Sequence record: LR745208.1
Length of the DNA: 64,000 nucleotides
Strand: one strand, 5' to 3'
Positions 47,686-57,189 of this stretch are shown in pieces. The notes below the pieces were generated by a model. That model made no database searches. It saw only the letters and a program-made list of their open reading frames with translations, and was not told where the DNA came from. The stretch's first letter is position 1; every line of letters starts with the position of its first letter. The position numbers and the translations under genes are program-made.

Positions 47686-47698
47686 ATAGGCTAGCTAT
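47686..47698 (-). promoter_or_regulatory. ATAG-N5-CTAT candidate late promoter
   Basis: ATAG GCTAG CTAT at the start of the virion gene block. Confidence 0.5.
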
Positions 47699-48272
47699 CT
47701 AAGACAAAACCAGATCGTACCTTGGGGAAGGGTCGCTGGACTTCCCTAAGGAGGTTCAGGTTCAAGGATACAAAACTGAAGATCTCCCCATAGAACTGCA
47801 TGGAGGCACTACGATTCATCTTCGCAATGGACCGGACGAACCGGTGACGCACCAGCCCCTGAGATACACCCAACCGCTTAGCGGACTCCGATTGGCAAGT
47901 CGTTTCATACATGTAGACCATGATATCAATATCCAACGGGTCCGTGAAGAACTCCCTCAGGTCCTGACGCAGAACCATCAGGTCCAGCTTAGGAACCTCC
48001 AAAAGGTACTTGACTCGCTGGATGGCCCTTTGGAGACGGTAACATACTGTGGGCTGGGACACCCCAAATATAGCTGCAATATCCGTTTGTTTGATGTGTT
48101 GGAAGAAATATAGGTCAACGAAATCAGCTTCAATGGGCGGGATGCGTTCGAGAATTTCTCGAACCTTTTCCATCAAAACCAGATCCTCTTCGTCTGGATC
48201 TGTAAAAATCGTCCCAAAAGACGAGATCAGGTCATCCGACGAGACCTTTGCAAGCCAGTTCAAATCGTTCAT
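47691..48272 (-). CDS. double sigma-70 region-4-like HTH protein
   Basis: KQTDIAAIFGVSQPTVCYRL and CQSESAKRLGVSQGLVRHRF; ATGA-coupled to the NusG-like gene. Confidence 0.7.
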   Translation of the reverse strand: MNDLNWLAKVSSDDLISSFGTIFTDPDEEDLVLMEKVREILERIPPIEADFVDLYFFQHIKQTDIAAIFGVSQPTVCYRLQRAIQRVKYLLEVPKLDLMVLRQDLREFFTDPLDIDIMVYMYETTCQSESAKRLGVSQGLVRHRFVRSIAKMNRSASMQFYGEIFSFVSLNLNLLREVQRPFPKVRSGFVLDS

Positions 48273-48892
48273 TGCCGCCCCCATGGAACCGTCTCGTCAA
48301 TATCGTCAATGGAAACCTCATCAATGGCAGACATGTTGTCCCCATATGTATGATGGTCTCCGTCCACCTCCACCAATGAGCGAGGGACAATCGTGATCGT
48401 GTCTATGGACCGAAGGGCAATTCGAATGGCCACCCGGTCATCAAACACATCAACTACACGTCCCTCCATGTGGGAGTAGTTCCCACCTATGATCCTGACC
48501 AAGGACCCTATCTCGATGTCCGAGCACAGGATTTCCTGAAGCTTGCGGCGCATCTCAGTGATCTTGGTGTCAGGGATGGTTTGAAGAACTCGAAGCCCGC
48601 GTGGACCGGAGATAGAAAATACCTTAGCCACCAGGGAATGCCGCTCCAACGCAAAATATCGCGTCTCGGGAAGCCCACTGGCTACAAAAGCATATCCCTC
48701 AATGAGTCTTACGGAAACAGTACGGCCACCTTTTGTGTAGGTGGCATAGGGAATGAAAACAGGAAACCCATCCTCCACCCCCAAGTCACGTCGTAGCCCT
48801 TGAGACAGTTTGCCGTCAATCGCCTTCAGCTCCCCCATCCGGGAAAGCTCCAGGGTCACCCAGGTTATCTGATCCCTCGTGTCCAATGTCAA
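48269..48892 (-). CDS. NusG/RfaH-like transcription elongation factor
   Basis: NGN-like LIEGYAFV; KOW GSLVRIIGGNYSHMEGRVVDV. Confidence 0.8.
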   Translation of the reverse strand: MTLDTRDQITWVTLELSRMGELKAIDGKLSQGLRRDLGVEDGFPVFIPYATYTKGGRTVSVRLIEGYAFVASGLPETRYFALERHSLVAKVFSISGPRGLRVLQTIPDTKITEMRRKLQEILCSDIEIGSLVRIIGGNYSHMEGRVVDVFDDRVAIRIALRSIDTITIVPRSLVEVDGDHHTYGDNMSAIDEVSIDDIDETVPWGRQ

Positions 48893-50702
48893 CGACCTTT
48901 GAGGCTTGTAGCTCCGATACGCGAAGCTTGACGAGACTGAAAAGCTCTAAAGGTTTAAGTCCGACTGGTTTCAAGCCACTTCCCAGTTGGGAAGAATGAA
49001 CTACGGGTGAGGGAAGATCAGCCTTGATTGCTCTTGGGTGAACAAACACGCCATCGATGAGTTGTGGTTTCCCATCCTGCACTTTGACATTACCATCGAT
49101 ATTGGACTTTGTGGTAGCAATTCTGGGAATATCGATAGGACGTTGAACCCCCCTATGAAGTTGGGCCAAATCGCACAATAGCATTGATGCTGTCGGCCTC
49201 CCCGGTCTGGACGCCAACTTGTCAGCATAATCCAGCAGCTCATCCCCCAGAGCCCGTCCCTCCTCTACCAGCCGCTGATTGATATAGGATGGGATAGGCA
49301 GAGGACCCAACGTGGACCGGTACACCAGCAATGACAGGTCCACCAACTTCTCGTACACCGTAATGGGGGACATGGCCTTCAGGACTGTTTCAGCCTTGGC
49401 CACCGCTGAAGGCAAATCCCGCTTGACATCCAATAGGAGTGCCAGCAACTCATTCATGAAATCAAGGTGCAAGTACTGGGATACATTGGGAATGTTCACA
49501 GCCCCCAACATAGAGACACCTTCCACAGCCTTCAGGCTGTCTCGGATATGGCACTCCGTGATCTCCCCAATGAGCCTAAGGGCCTCCATGTCATACTCGA
49601 TTGCCTCACTCTGGCAGATCTGGGCAAGTCTCTCGGCCACCTGTTCCGGGACTACTGGCTTAACAATGAATGCCGGAGCACACCGGCTCAGGATAGTATT
49701 TCGCATCTTCTCGGGCTCAGTGGTGCAGAAGATGCAGACCAAGAGCTTGTCCTGAGTGCCGGGATAATTGTCCTCCAGGGGCTTCAGGAGAGCATCCAGG
49801 GCGTCCGCAGAGAGACGGTGACAGTTCGATACCAGGATAGACCCTGGGGCCCCATCCGATGTCACGAAAAAATTGTGGGTACCTCCCACGGTCACATCAT
49901 AGACCATAGTGGGAATAGACTCCACTCTCAGGACCAGCCGGGCATCCCCCTTTCCCACATGTGTTGCAAGGTAGGTGTAGGCTGGGAGTCCATGGGGGTC
50001 TGGTGGATGCCCACGGAATCCTCCTAGCGAGGGGTCCGGCTCCACAAGCGTGTCATCCGCCACAAGGTCGCCCGCTTCCACCCAACCCCTGTTACTGGTG
50101 TAGAACCGGTGATTTGATGTGACGGTAAGGGTCACTCCAGTACTGAAAGTCAATGTAAGAGTGTCTCGCACCCCCTGAGAAAACCATCCTTCTAGGGGTG
50201 CCCATACGGTCCTATCCGTCGCCAGATCCTGGGAAAGCACATACCCCTGGTACCTGGATTCAACAAGGGTCCGAATGGACACCGGCCCCTCCGTGGTGAC
50301 AAGCTGGGCATCCTCAGTGAAGCACTCGTCAAAAAGGTATAGCTTCCGCTTCCCCGAGAAGGTGCTATACTGGATCTCCTCCACGATCTTACGGATGCTG
50401 TCTTTTCCGCTGTTAGTGGCCGCATCAATCTCGAAGAAGTCAGTCGAGGAGCCATTCTCTAGGAGTGACTTGCAGGAGGCACACTGGTCACAGGGGGCAC
50501 CATCAACGGGCTGGCCACACAGAAGTGCCCTGGCCAGGATCCTTCCGAGGGTCGTTTTACCCGACCCAAATGGGCCCGACAACAGGTAGGATTGATGGAA
50601 CCCGGCCCCAGACTTCACGTATTGCTGGAGGATCTGGATGGTGCTCTTCTGTCCCAGCACATCAGCATAGGTCCTGGGGCGAAATTTCGTGTCTAAAGAC
50701 AT
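48816..50702 (-). CDS. dnaX: DNA polymerase III gamma/tau-like clamp loader with a mini-intein
   Basis: KFRPRTYADVLGQ, GPFGSGKTT, C4 Zn module, EIDAA, LFDE-[intein]-CHRLS, TILSRC. Confidence 0.9.
   Translation of the reverse strand: MSLDTKFRPRTYADVLGQKSTIQILQQYVKSGAGFHQSYLLSGPFGSGKTTLGRILARALLCGQPVDGAPCDQCASCKSLLENGSSTDFFEIDAATNSGKDSIRKIVEEIQYSTFSGKRKLYLFDECFTEDAQLVTTEGPVSIRTLVESRYQGYVLSQDLATDRTVWAPLEGWFSQGVRDTLTLTFSTGVTLTVTSNHRFYTSNRGWVEAGDLVADDTLVEPDPSLGGFRGHPPDPHGLPAYTYLATHVGKGDARLVLRVESIPTMVYDVTVGGTHNFFVTSDGAPGSILVSNCHRLSADALDALLKPLEDNYPGTQDKLLVCIFCTTEPEKMRNTILSRCAPAFIVKPVVPEQVAERLAQICQSEAIEYDMEALRLIGEITECHIRDSLKAVEGVSMLGAVNIPNVSQYLHLDFMNELLALLLDVKRDLPSAVAKAETVLKAMSPITVYEKLVDLSLLVYRSTLGPLPIPSYINQRLVEEGRALGDELLDYADKLASRPGRPTASMLLCDLAQLHRGVQRPIDIPRIATTKSNIDGNVKVQDGKPQLIDGVFVHPRAIKADLPSPVVHSSQLGSGLKPVGLKPLELFSLVKLRVSELQASKVVDIGHEGSDNLGDPGAFPDGGAEGD
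49824..50324 (-). mobile_element. mini-intein (167 aa) in Walker B of DnaX
   Basis: Begins CFTEDA; block B VTSNHRF; ends VYDVTV...HNF...LVSN followed by Cys+1; no endonuclease domain. Confidence 0.9.
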
Positions 50703-50732
50703 GTGGGTATTACTCTTTTGAGTGCCAATAGA

Positions 50733-51110
50733 TCAAGTGACATACTGGTCCCCCTGGAGTCTCCAGGTTCCAAATTCCCCAGGACCAATGGTGTAGTAGA
50801 CTCTCGTGACCCCTTTCTTAATCAGGGCCTGAGTGCAATTAGGGCATGGCCGGGCCATTCGCCAACCCCCGTCCGCCCCTACCCGTACCACGAACACAGT
50901 CTTTCCATGCCCCAGCTTCCGGAGCATGCGAATCTCTGCATGAGTTTCTGGGGAAGGCTGTGTGGTATAGGAATTGTGTCCATGGACCAGGACACCATCA
51001 TGCCGAATACCTGTACAGGCCAGGAAGTAGTTGTACTTAGGGGTGGAATGGCCGTTTTTCCTGCCTAGAGCAATCTTGGCAGTAGACGTGAGAATGGCGT
51101 GGGGATTCAT
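50733..51110 (-). CDS. zinc-dependent nucleotide/nucleic-acid deaminase
   Basis: HAE...ARPCPNC. Confidence 0.85.
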   Translation of the reverse strand: MNPHAILTSTAKIALGRKNGHSTPKYNYFLACTGIRHDGVLVHGHNSYTTQPSPETHAEIRMLRKLGHGKTVFVVRVGADGGWRMARPCPNCTQALIKKGVTRVYYTIGPGEFGTWRLQGDQYVT

Positions 51111-51152
51111 GTCAATCCACGTGAGAACTAGGCACAACCACTAGTTCTTAGG

Positions 51153-51656
51153 CTAGTAGGAGAGGGGAAGAGGCAGAAAACTGGGATCCTCCCGTACTTC
51201 CTGGATCATCAGACCCCAGTCGGTATTGTGTCCTGCGGCCAGCCCATAGACGAATCCAGGGCGTTCCTCTGACACAATTCTGGTCAATGTGCGGATCACA
51301 TTGACTGTGGTTTCCCACTCACTGGAACCCTCTTGACATTGAGACTGGAAGAGACGGGCTTCGGCTGTACGGAGTTTGATCTCCATAAACAGACCCCTCT
51401 CTGTATACTCCTCCAACTGGTCCACCTGAGCAACTCGATCCCTCAGTGCCCCGATTGCCTGTTGCAGGCCTGCCATGTCCCCACGAAAGTCATACCCCTC
51501 AGGGTAAGTCTGAAGAACAGACTGACTTCTATGCCCCTGCCGATCATGACCCATTGTTGTCAGCAAGGAATCAATTCGAGAGAGAAGGGTCTCCACGTCG
51601 TGGCGAATTGCCAGCAACGTGGGGACTGTGCCACTACGAGACTTGTTGGAAGCCAT
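51153..51656 (-). CDS. hypothetical coiled-coil protein
   Basis: 167-aa ORF. Confidence 0.55.
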   Translation of the reverse strand: MASNKSRSGTVPTLLAIRHDVETLLSRIDSLLTTMGHDRQGHRSQSVLQTYPEGYDFRGDMAGLQQAIGALRDRVAQVDQLEEYTERGLFMEIKLRTAEARLFQSQCQEGSSEWETTVNVIRTLTRIVSEERPGFVYGLAAGHNTDWGLMIQEVREDPSFLPLPLSY

Positions 51657-51694
51657 ATGGTATTATTCAACCCACCCCACATGGGGTCGTTGGC

Positions 51695-51919
51695 TTATCG
51701 ATTTGTAGTCGTGAGGGAAGCCACAATCTCCTGACAAAGAGACGGAATCAGCCTCGACAGATCGGCCGTGAAGCCAGCTGTGAGACGACGAATCATCTCA
51801 TCATTGGCCCTGGCACTCTCGGTGCCCCCTCGGCGGGCCAGATTCTGCAATCGAGCGGTTGACATCTTGCGGTAGTTCTGAGTCGAATTTCGTGCTGCCA
51901 TTTGGTGATTTGTCCTCAT
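51695..51919 (-). CDS. hypothetical protein
   Basis: 74-aa ORF. Confidence 0.45.
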   Translation of the reverse strand: MRTNHQMAARNSTQNYRKMSTARLQNLARRGGTESARANDEMIRRLTAGFTADLSRLIPSLCQEIVASLTTTNR

Positions 51920-51999
51920 CTTGGGTTCTGTTTGGTAGAACCGGTATGAGGACCTTACACACCCAACTCCAGAAGGCAGACTGAAATCGTTCAGGTTGG

Positions 52000-52284
52000 C
52001 TACTTAGATTCTGGAGGGGTCAAGTTACCATCAACTTTGATCTTCTCGGCGGCCACAAACTCAAACTCAAGAGGCTCGCACCAAGACTCAAACATGGCGA
52101 TATACATGGGACTTATCCAAATGATGAACTCCAACGGCTGGCTCCCCTGAGAGCCGCGTTTGGAGCTAGATACCTTGGCACCAACTCGTGTAATGGCCCG
52201 AACGAAACGGACCATATCAGGTACGGTTGGGAGGATGAGGACCCTAAATGCGGTCATCCCGGCAGTAGAAATTACCTTGGCCAT
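52000..52284 (-). CDS. hypothetical protein
   Basis: 94-aa ORF. Confidence 0.5.
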   Translation of the reverse strand: MAKVISTAGMTAFRVLILPTVPDMVRFVRAITRVGAKVSSSKRGSQGSQPLEFIIWISPMYIAMFESWCEPLEFEFVAAEKIKVDGNLTPPESK

Positions 52285-52320
52285 GGTCTACAGGTGGGTC
52301 CCGATAGGAACTCAACCAAC

Positions 52321-52689
52321 CTAGGCCAAACCAATTGTTGGAGCCCGCCAGACCCGATACTCCAGGACGTGAGATAGGATGACCTGCTTCAAGTAGGAGC
52401 ACCCCTCTGCAAACCCTTCGGACTGCCCAAGCATGGCCTGCTGGACCACAGGATCCTTTATGGTATCCACAGTATCCAGCAGTTCCTTGGAAATCCTGGA
52501 AAATGTGGCATCCAGATCCATCAGGGGGACCCCCCTCCCAATATTCAACATCACGTCAAGGAGGGCTTGTGCCCTAGCCCCATAACGTGAGTTGTGTGGG
52601 CTCAGGTTGGACATCTCCAGGGCCATCTGGTATTCCAATTCGAGCGCAGCAAGGGCGGCAACTGTCATGTGGTTAGAAGGGGTCATCAT
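52321..52689 (-). CDS. hypothetical protein
   Basis: 122-aa helical ORF. Confidence 0.55.
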   Translation of the reverse strand: MMTPSNHMTVAALAALELEYQMALEMSNLSPHNSRYGARAQALLDVMLNIGRGVPLMDLDATFSRISKELLDTVDTIKDPVVQQAMLGQSEGFAEGCSYLKQVILSHVLEYRVWRAPTIGLA

Positions 52690-52694
52690 TTCAA

Positions 52695-53507
52695 TTACTC
52701 CACCAATGTCCTGACTCTGGCATACAAATCAGCGGGCAACCTCGTCCGCAGGGCCTCTTGGATACCCTTGGGGCTGTGCCGCGCTGAGAAATGGGTGAAT
52801 AGCAACTCCTTGTTCTGAAACAAGTGTGCCCGCTCCACTACGTCATCCAGGTGCATATGACCCCTGGACCGAGCTTCCTTAGCGTTCAGGGTATCATCCA
52901 CGAAGGAGACCTCCATGACCAGCAAATCAGCGGTATACAGTTCCGGGTTTCGATCCAAACCCTCCACTGTGGTGTCTCCCGTGAAAGCCACTCGAAGCAC
53001 CTCCACCTCCTCGGAGACCCCAACCCCACGCTTGCGTAGGGCAATGATCTCCTCGTTGGTATGGCCCTGAAACTCCAACTTGAGCTTCGTTCTCTTGTGG
53101 TAGACCTTGTAACCATAACATGGCACCCGGTGTACCATCTCAATTGGCACTGCAACCAACCCTCCCTTGAGTGGGTACCTCTCCCCAACCGTGCAAGGAA
53201 TCACGTTGGCTCGCATGGCCCCCCGGTCCAACTTCCCCATGGCGTCCAACATTCCCAACACATCCTGCCAGATCACAACAGGCACGAAGTATGTTGGGGC
53301 TGGCAACCCCCGCCCAGCCCGCCGAGCCGCATGGTAGGCCAGCGCACCGATGTGGTCCATATGGCCATGGGTTATCAGAATTGTGGGGATATGAACCGCA
53401 AATTCAGGGCATCTTCCAATGTCGAAGGCGAAATCGGGAAACGCGATGCAGGTCTCCACCCCCGCCACCGATACCGCTGTCACAGGAAATGTCAGATCTA
53501 GTTTCAT
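52695..53507 (-). CDS. RNase Z-like metallo-beta-lactamase
   Basis: SVAGVET...DIG, THGHMDH, HRVPCYGY, AFTGDT, ME, HFSARH; ATGA-coupled start at 53507. Confidence 0.85.
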   Translation of the reverse strand: MKLDLTFPVTAVSVAGVETCIAFPDFAFDIGRCPEFAVHIPTILITHGHMDHIGALAYHAARRAGRGLPAPTYFVPVVIWQDVLGMLDAMGKLDRGAMRANVIPCTVGERYPLKGGLVAVPIEMVHRVPCYGYKVYHKRTKLKLEFQGHTNEEIIALRKRGVGVSEEVEVLRVAFTGDTTVEGLDRNPELYTADLLVMEVSFVDDTLNAKEARSRGHMHLDDVVERAHLFQNKELLFTHFSARHSPKGIQEALRTRLPADLYARVRTLVE

Positions 53508-54256
53508 CGTTGTGGACCCAGCATCAAGGCATGGAAGTGTTCCCGGCCACACTTGACCTCGAAGGTCACATCATTCGGGTGGAGTCGGTAGATTCGGTAT
53601 CTGGCCACCGGCAGTCCCAAGGATTCCTCCAGCCACGCCTTGGTGCGAGCAACAGCACCCCGCCTGCTGGGGACGATGTCCCCATTGGGGGCTGGCACGG
53701 TGACCCGGGCTGCAATTGTGATCCCAGCCAGATAGGTCGTTCCCGGCATGGGGGACTCCGGGTCCATCTGAACCACATCCCCCACATAAACCTTACAGCC
53801 TCGGAGGGTGCCACCATTTACCTGTAGTGGTTCATATACATGACCCGACGTGTAGTCAGGGTTGTCTCCCGCCAGAGTTTCGAGGTAGGCAGTCACCAGC
53901 CCCTTACGCCCTCGCACGGTACCGATCAGGGCATCCACCACATCCTCCGTGGTGATTGCTGCCCCCGTCCGCTCATCTCGAACCCCATCCGCTGCCAGTT
54001 GGTCAACAAGGCTCCCAGTGAACTCCCTGTTCTTCATGTTTTCTTCGAGGATACACAACGAACGCCTCACCGCATTTCGATAGCTGATTCCCGCGAGGAC
54101 TAGGGCATCCACCTGATGGTTTCCACGGCGAACACCTCGCTGTACCTCCCCCGCCAGGGTGTGTAATAGGCGAACAAAACGAGGTGACTTCCCCATAGAA
54201 TCCACCAGATCCACGAGATGTGTGGCCAGCTTGGTCGAATAGGCGTTGGTCAACAT
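53504..54256 (-). CDS. hypothetical protein
   Basis: Within ORF 53504..54421; start MLTNAY at 54256 after an AGAGGA SD. Confidence 0.6.
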   Translation of the reverse strand: MLTNAYSTKLATHLVDLVDSMGKSPRFVRLLHTLAGEVQRGVRRGNHQVDALVLAGISYRNAVRRSLCILEENMKNREFTGSLVDQLAADGVRDERTGAAITTEDVVDALIGTVRGRKGLVTAYLETLAGDNPDYTSGHVYEPLQVNGGTLRGCKVYVGDVVQMDPESPMPGTTYLAGITIAARVTVPAPNGDIVPSRRGAVARTKAWLEESLGLPVARYRIYRLHPNDVTFEVKCGREHFHALMLGPQR

Positions 54257-54335
54257 GGTGTTCCTCTCTACACCCATCGGCATGAGAAACAACAATTTTA
54301 CCAAAATCGTCCGAGTGGGACAAAATGCCCCGTGG

Positions 54336-54602
54336 CTAGGCTGGCTCCCGAACTCTGTCCTGGATTGCCGCTCGGATTGCATGTAGTCCCCAAAACACCG
54401 CCATCCCAGCCCACAGAGCACAGATTCTCTTGTCTGTCGACACCACAGCGAGCATCATGGCAACCATCGTCACTATGGTGTCCCCGAGAAACCTCCAGGA
54501 CATGGCAATATTTCGGACGGCATGTATTGCTTGGCTGACCCCGGCATCTTTGTTGGGGTCTCGGATGGCATATACTTTTTGGGTGGGGGTAGGTTGTATC
54601 AC
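54336..54602 (-). CDS. small two-TM membrane protein
   Basis: Two hydrophobic segments. Confidence 0.55.
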   Translation of the reverse strand: MIQPTPTQKVYAIRDPNKDAGVSQAIHAVRNIAMSWRFLGDTIVTMVAMMLAVVSTDKRICALWAGMAVFWGLHAIRAAIQDRVREPA

Positions 54603-54666
54603 ACCTAGGATGACCTAGAGGCGGGTAAGCGGGAAACGAGTAGCCCAATGAGGGGCATTGGGGGGA

Positions 54667-55155
54667 TTATTCAGACTGGGTACCTATTGCGGCCTCAACA
54701 TCTAGGCCAACACTTTCACTTGGCTTACCATCCTCCGACTCCTCGGGGGTGGGGCGCCAATTCCCGTGCCGCTTGAGTTCCCCCCAGTAGAAGGAAACCT
54801 CAGGGGAAGCAAGGCTGCACTTGACATCACCGTCATCTGTCTCCGTGACATTGCAGGCACAGAGGAGGTGGTCAACCAGTGCCGACCGTTGGTCATTCGA
54901 TAGGGTCAGCCACTCGTCATTGGCGATCTCAAGGACGTACTTGTACTCACTCTTCCCGAGAATCTTGAACAGTGGACCAGCCTTGCGGGTCTTCCCCAGT
55001 ACCTTCTGGCCACCTGACTTGCTGGCCTTCCCCCGGAAGATCACCGCAATCTCCTTGTCCACCAGAGCAAGGTTTGGGTGGTTGTTCGAGATATGGAACT
55101 GAACCAGCTCCATTACCTCACTGCCAGCTTCCCAGATATCACTTCCCTTTGCCAC
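54667..55155 (-). CDS. phage metallopeptidase-like protein (degenerate HExxH)
   Basis: GKTRKA...YVLEIANDEW...SALVDHLLCAC. Confidence 0.55.
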   Translation of the reverse strand: MAKGSDIWEAGSEVMELVQFHISNNHPNLALVDKEIAVIFRGKASKSGGQKVLGKTRKAGPLFKILGKSEYKYVLEIANDEWLTLSNDQRSALVDHLLCACNVTETDDGDVKCSLASPEVSFYWGELKRHGNWRPTPEESEDGKPSESVGLDVEAAIGTQSE

Positions 55156-55406
55156 TAGACACCTTCCTTCTTGATGATGCCCATTTCCAGGGCCTGCTTG
55201 AGTATGTTGTAGGTCTCGATCTCCCGCTCCGTTCGGCTCTTTCGACCCAGAGCCCGTCGATACTTCTTGGGCACCAATCTCCGGATCAGTGCCCTAAACT
55301 CTGCTCGTCGGACCTGACGAGACTTCCTAGTCGCTGGGACCACGACCGGATCAACTTCTGTCTGTTCCACCATTTGTGTCTCTCGTTTCGTTTCAAGCAC
55401 TCCCAA
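55155..55406 (-). CDS. small basic protein
   Basis: Arg/Lys-rich, 83 aa. Confidence 0.5.
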   Translation of the reverse strand: MGVLETKRETQMVEQTEVDPVVVPATRKSRQVRRAEFRALIRRLVPKKYRRALGRKSRTEREIETYNILKQALEMGIIKKEGV

Positions 55407-55420
55407 TTGGGAGGAAATAG

Positions 55421-56161
55421 TTACCTGTTGAACACTTCTCTTACTCTCTTCAGGCCCCCCTTGTCCCAGACAACTCCGGGGTCCTTACCTGAATACCGAA
55501 AATCCAGAGCCTTGACCCCCACCCGTTGAAGCAACCCAATAGCCCCCAGACGTGGTTTACCAGTCTGCTCATCCACCCATCCATGGATAGCCTTACGTCC
55601 CGTAGCGTCGTTGTCATAGACCATGTACACCCGGTTCGTACAGAATCGAGCCAGGAACCCAATTGTAGGTTTATCCAACCCCGCTCGGATCGTAGCTATT
55701 ACTGCATCCCCCTTTGGGATCACCCAATGCAAAGCACACAAATCGAACAGACCCTCCACAATCCAGATGGACCCACCTGCCCACATCTTCTCGGCCGCCT
55801 GCGGGGCATTGATCATCACGGCATTCCATCGAGACTCGGGAACCAAAAACTCCGTGATCCTCTTCTCAAACCTGGACCGGAACTCCACCCCAAGCAGTCT
55901 ACCAGAAGGGGCAATCAAAGGAATGGCCACCATCCTATCCAATCTATCTCCATGGGACCCATACCGTTTTGTGAACTGCTCACTTGGGCATGCAGTAGAA
56001 GCTGGGACCCATTCCTTGATCCCTAGCTGACCAATCAGTGTCGTGCTGGCCCCCCTCCCCAGAAGGTGCCCCTCACACTCCTCCGAGAGCCCCAGGGTAC
56101 TCAGGTGCTCCCCCAACCACATTGCAATGGCCGAACTCATACTGTCGTAGGTTGCCCCCAA
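55421..56161 (-). CDS. DnaG-like primase TOPRIM domain protein (no Zn-binding domain)
   Basis: IWIVEGLFD, VYDNDATG. Confidence 0.8.
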   Translation of the reverse strand: MGATYDSMSSAIAMWLGEHLSTLGLSEECEGHLLGRGASTTLIGQLGIKEWVPASTACPSEQFTKRYGSHGDRLDRMVAIPLIAPSGRLLGVEFRSRFEKRITEFLVPESRWNAVMINAPQAAEKMWAGGSIWIVEGLFDLCALHWVIPKGDAVIATIRAGLDKPTIGFLARFCTNRVYMVYDNDATGRKAIHGWVDEQTGKPRLGAIGLLQRVGVKALDFRYSGKDPGVVWDKGGLKRVREVFNR

Positions 56162-56679
56162 CTCCCTAGTATTGCCAGCCCCCGCACGTCATGTATCACA
56201 AAAGCATAAGACTCCCCAAAAACCCTCACAATGCCAAATGGGGGGTCCTGTGGGACCAAAATACCAGCATAAGAGGGAACCCATTTGGCTCTTACCAGAG
56301 TTACCCCATCGGGCAACTCAATTAGGTTCCCACCAGTCAGGCCCACCACCAACTCTAAATCTCCTGCCACCCCCCTAATTACCCTCAAATAATGAAGAGC
56401 ATCCAGAAGCCCTCCCTGGTCAAACAAAAAGCCATTCCCCAATCCTTCCCGACCTGCAATCTTCTGAACAATGGCTGGGAACAAATCCTCAAACCGAGCC
56501 CCATCCTGACGGACGGCTGCTCGAACAAAGGGTTCCTGTGTTCCCATGGCCTTCTCAACCCACAGGAGACTTTTAGTTGCAGTCACTAGGTATGGGTTGG
56601 ATGTTGAAGACACAGGTGTCTCAATATATAGAGGGGTGCCCTTGACCCCAGGCATCTGAACAACAGGAAGGAAGGACAT
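56137..56679 (-). CDS. hypothetical protein
   Basis: 180-aa ORF. Confidence 0.55.
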   Translation of the reverse strand: MSFLPVVQMPGVKGTPLYIETPVSSTSNPYLVTATKSLLWVEKAMGTQEPFVRAAVRQDGARFEDLFPAIVQKIAGREGLGNGFLFDQGGLLDALHYLRVIRGVAGDLELVVGLTGGNLIELPDGVTLVRAKWVPSYAGILVPQDPPFGIVRVFGESYAFVIHDVRGLAILGSWGQPTTV

Positions 56680-56682
56680 GGC

Positions 56683-57189
56683 TTACAGTGTGATGTGCCA
56701 CGAAGTCGTGTGGACATACACAGGATGTGGATTGGTGTAGGGCAACAAGCCCGGGATTGTGTATGAAACGGTCAGGAAGCCCGGGTCTACCATGGTGGTG
56801 GGCTCGGACTCCTCCAGATCTTCCAGGTGACTCTCTCCCAGCACCCACATGAGAGCTGAGATATCGGGATACCTGATTGCAATCTCCGCAATGGTAGAGG
56901 TAATAAGGAACCTCTTGAAGTCCTCTTTCACACCCTCTCGGGTATTACCACAATCGAAGTCTGGGCACCCAGCCGCCTTGACCAGACCCCCATGTGCCTC
57001 ATCACAAGTCACAAATGAGCCATCCCCCGCTGCCAATCGACAGAACCTAATATCCCCATTCGGGGTATTGAGGATCGCATTGTTGACACAGCACTCGGGT
57101 CTCTGGGAGAGTGAGTCCCTCAGGGCCTTCTTCAGGTGCCTGAACTGCACCTGCTTCAGCTTATGTCGCACTTGCCCTTCGGTTCTCAC
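56683..57189 (-). CDS. hypothetical Cys-containing protein
   Basis: 168 aa, GTGA-coupled to the upstream gene. Confidence 0.6.
   Translation of the reverse strand: MRTEGQVRHKLKQVQFRHLKKALRDSLSQRPECCVNNAILNTPNGDIRFCRLAAGDGSFVTCDEAHGGLVKAAGCPDFDCGNTREGVKEDFKRFLITSTIAEIAIRYPDISALMWVLGESHLEDLEESEPTTMVDPGFLTVSYTIPGLLPYTNPHPVYVHTTSWHITL

Noticed and set aside
54667-55155. Active metallopeptidase
   Set aside because: The HExxH position reads HLLCA, so activity is unsupported.
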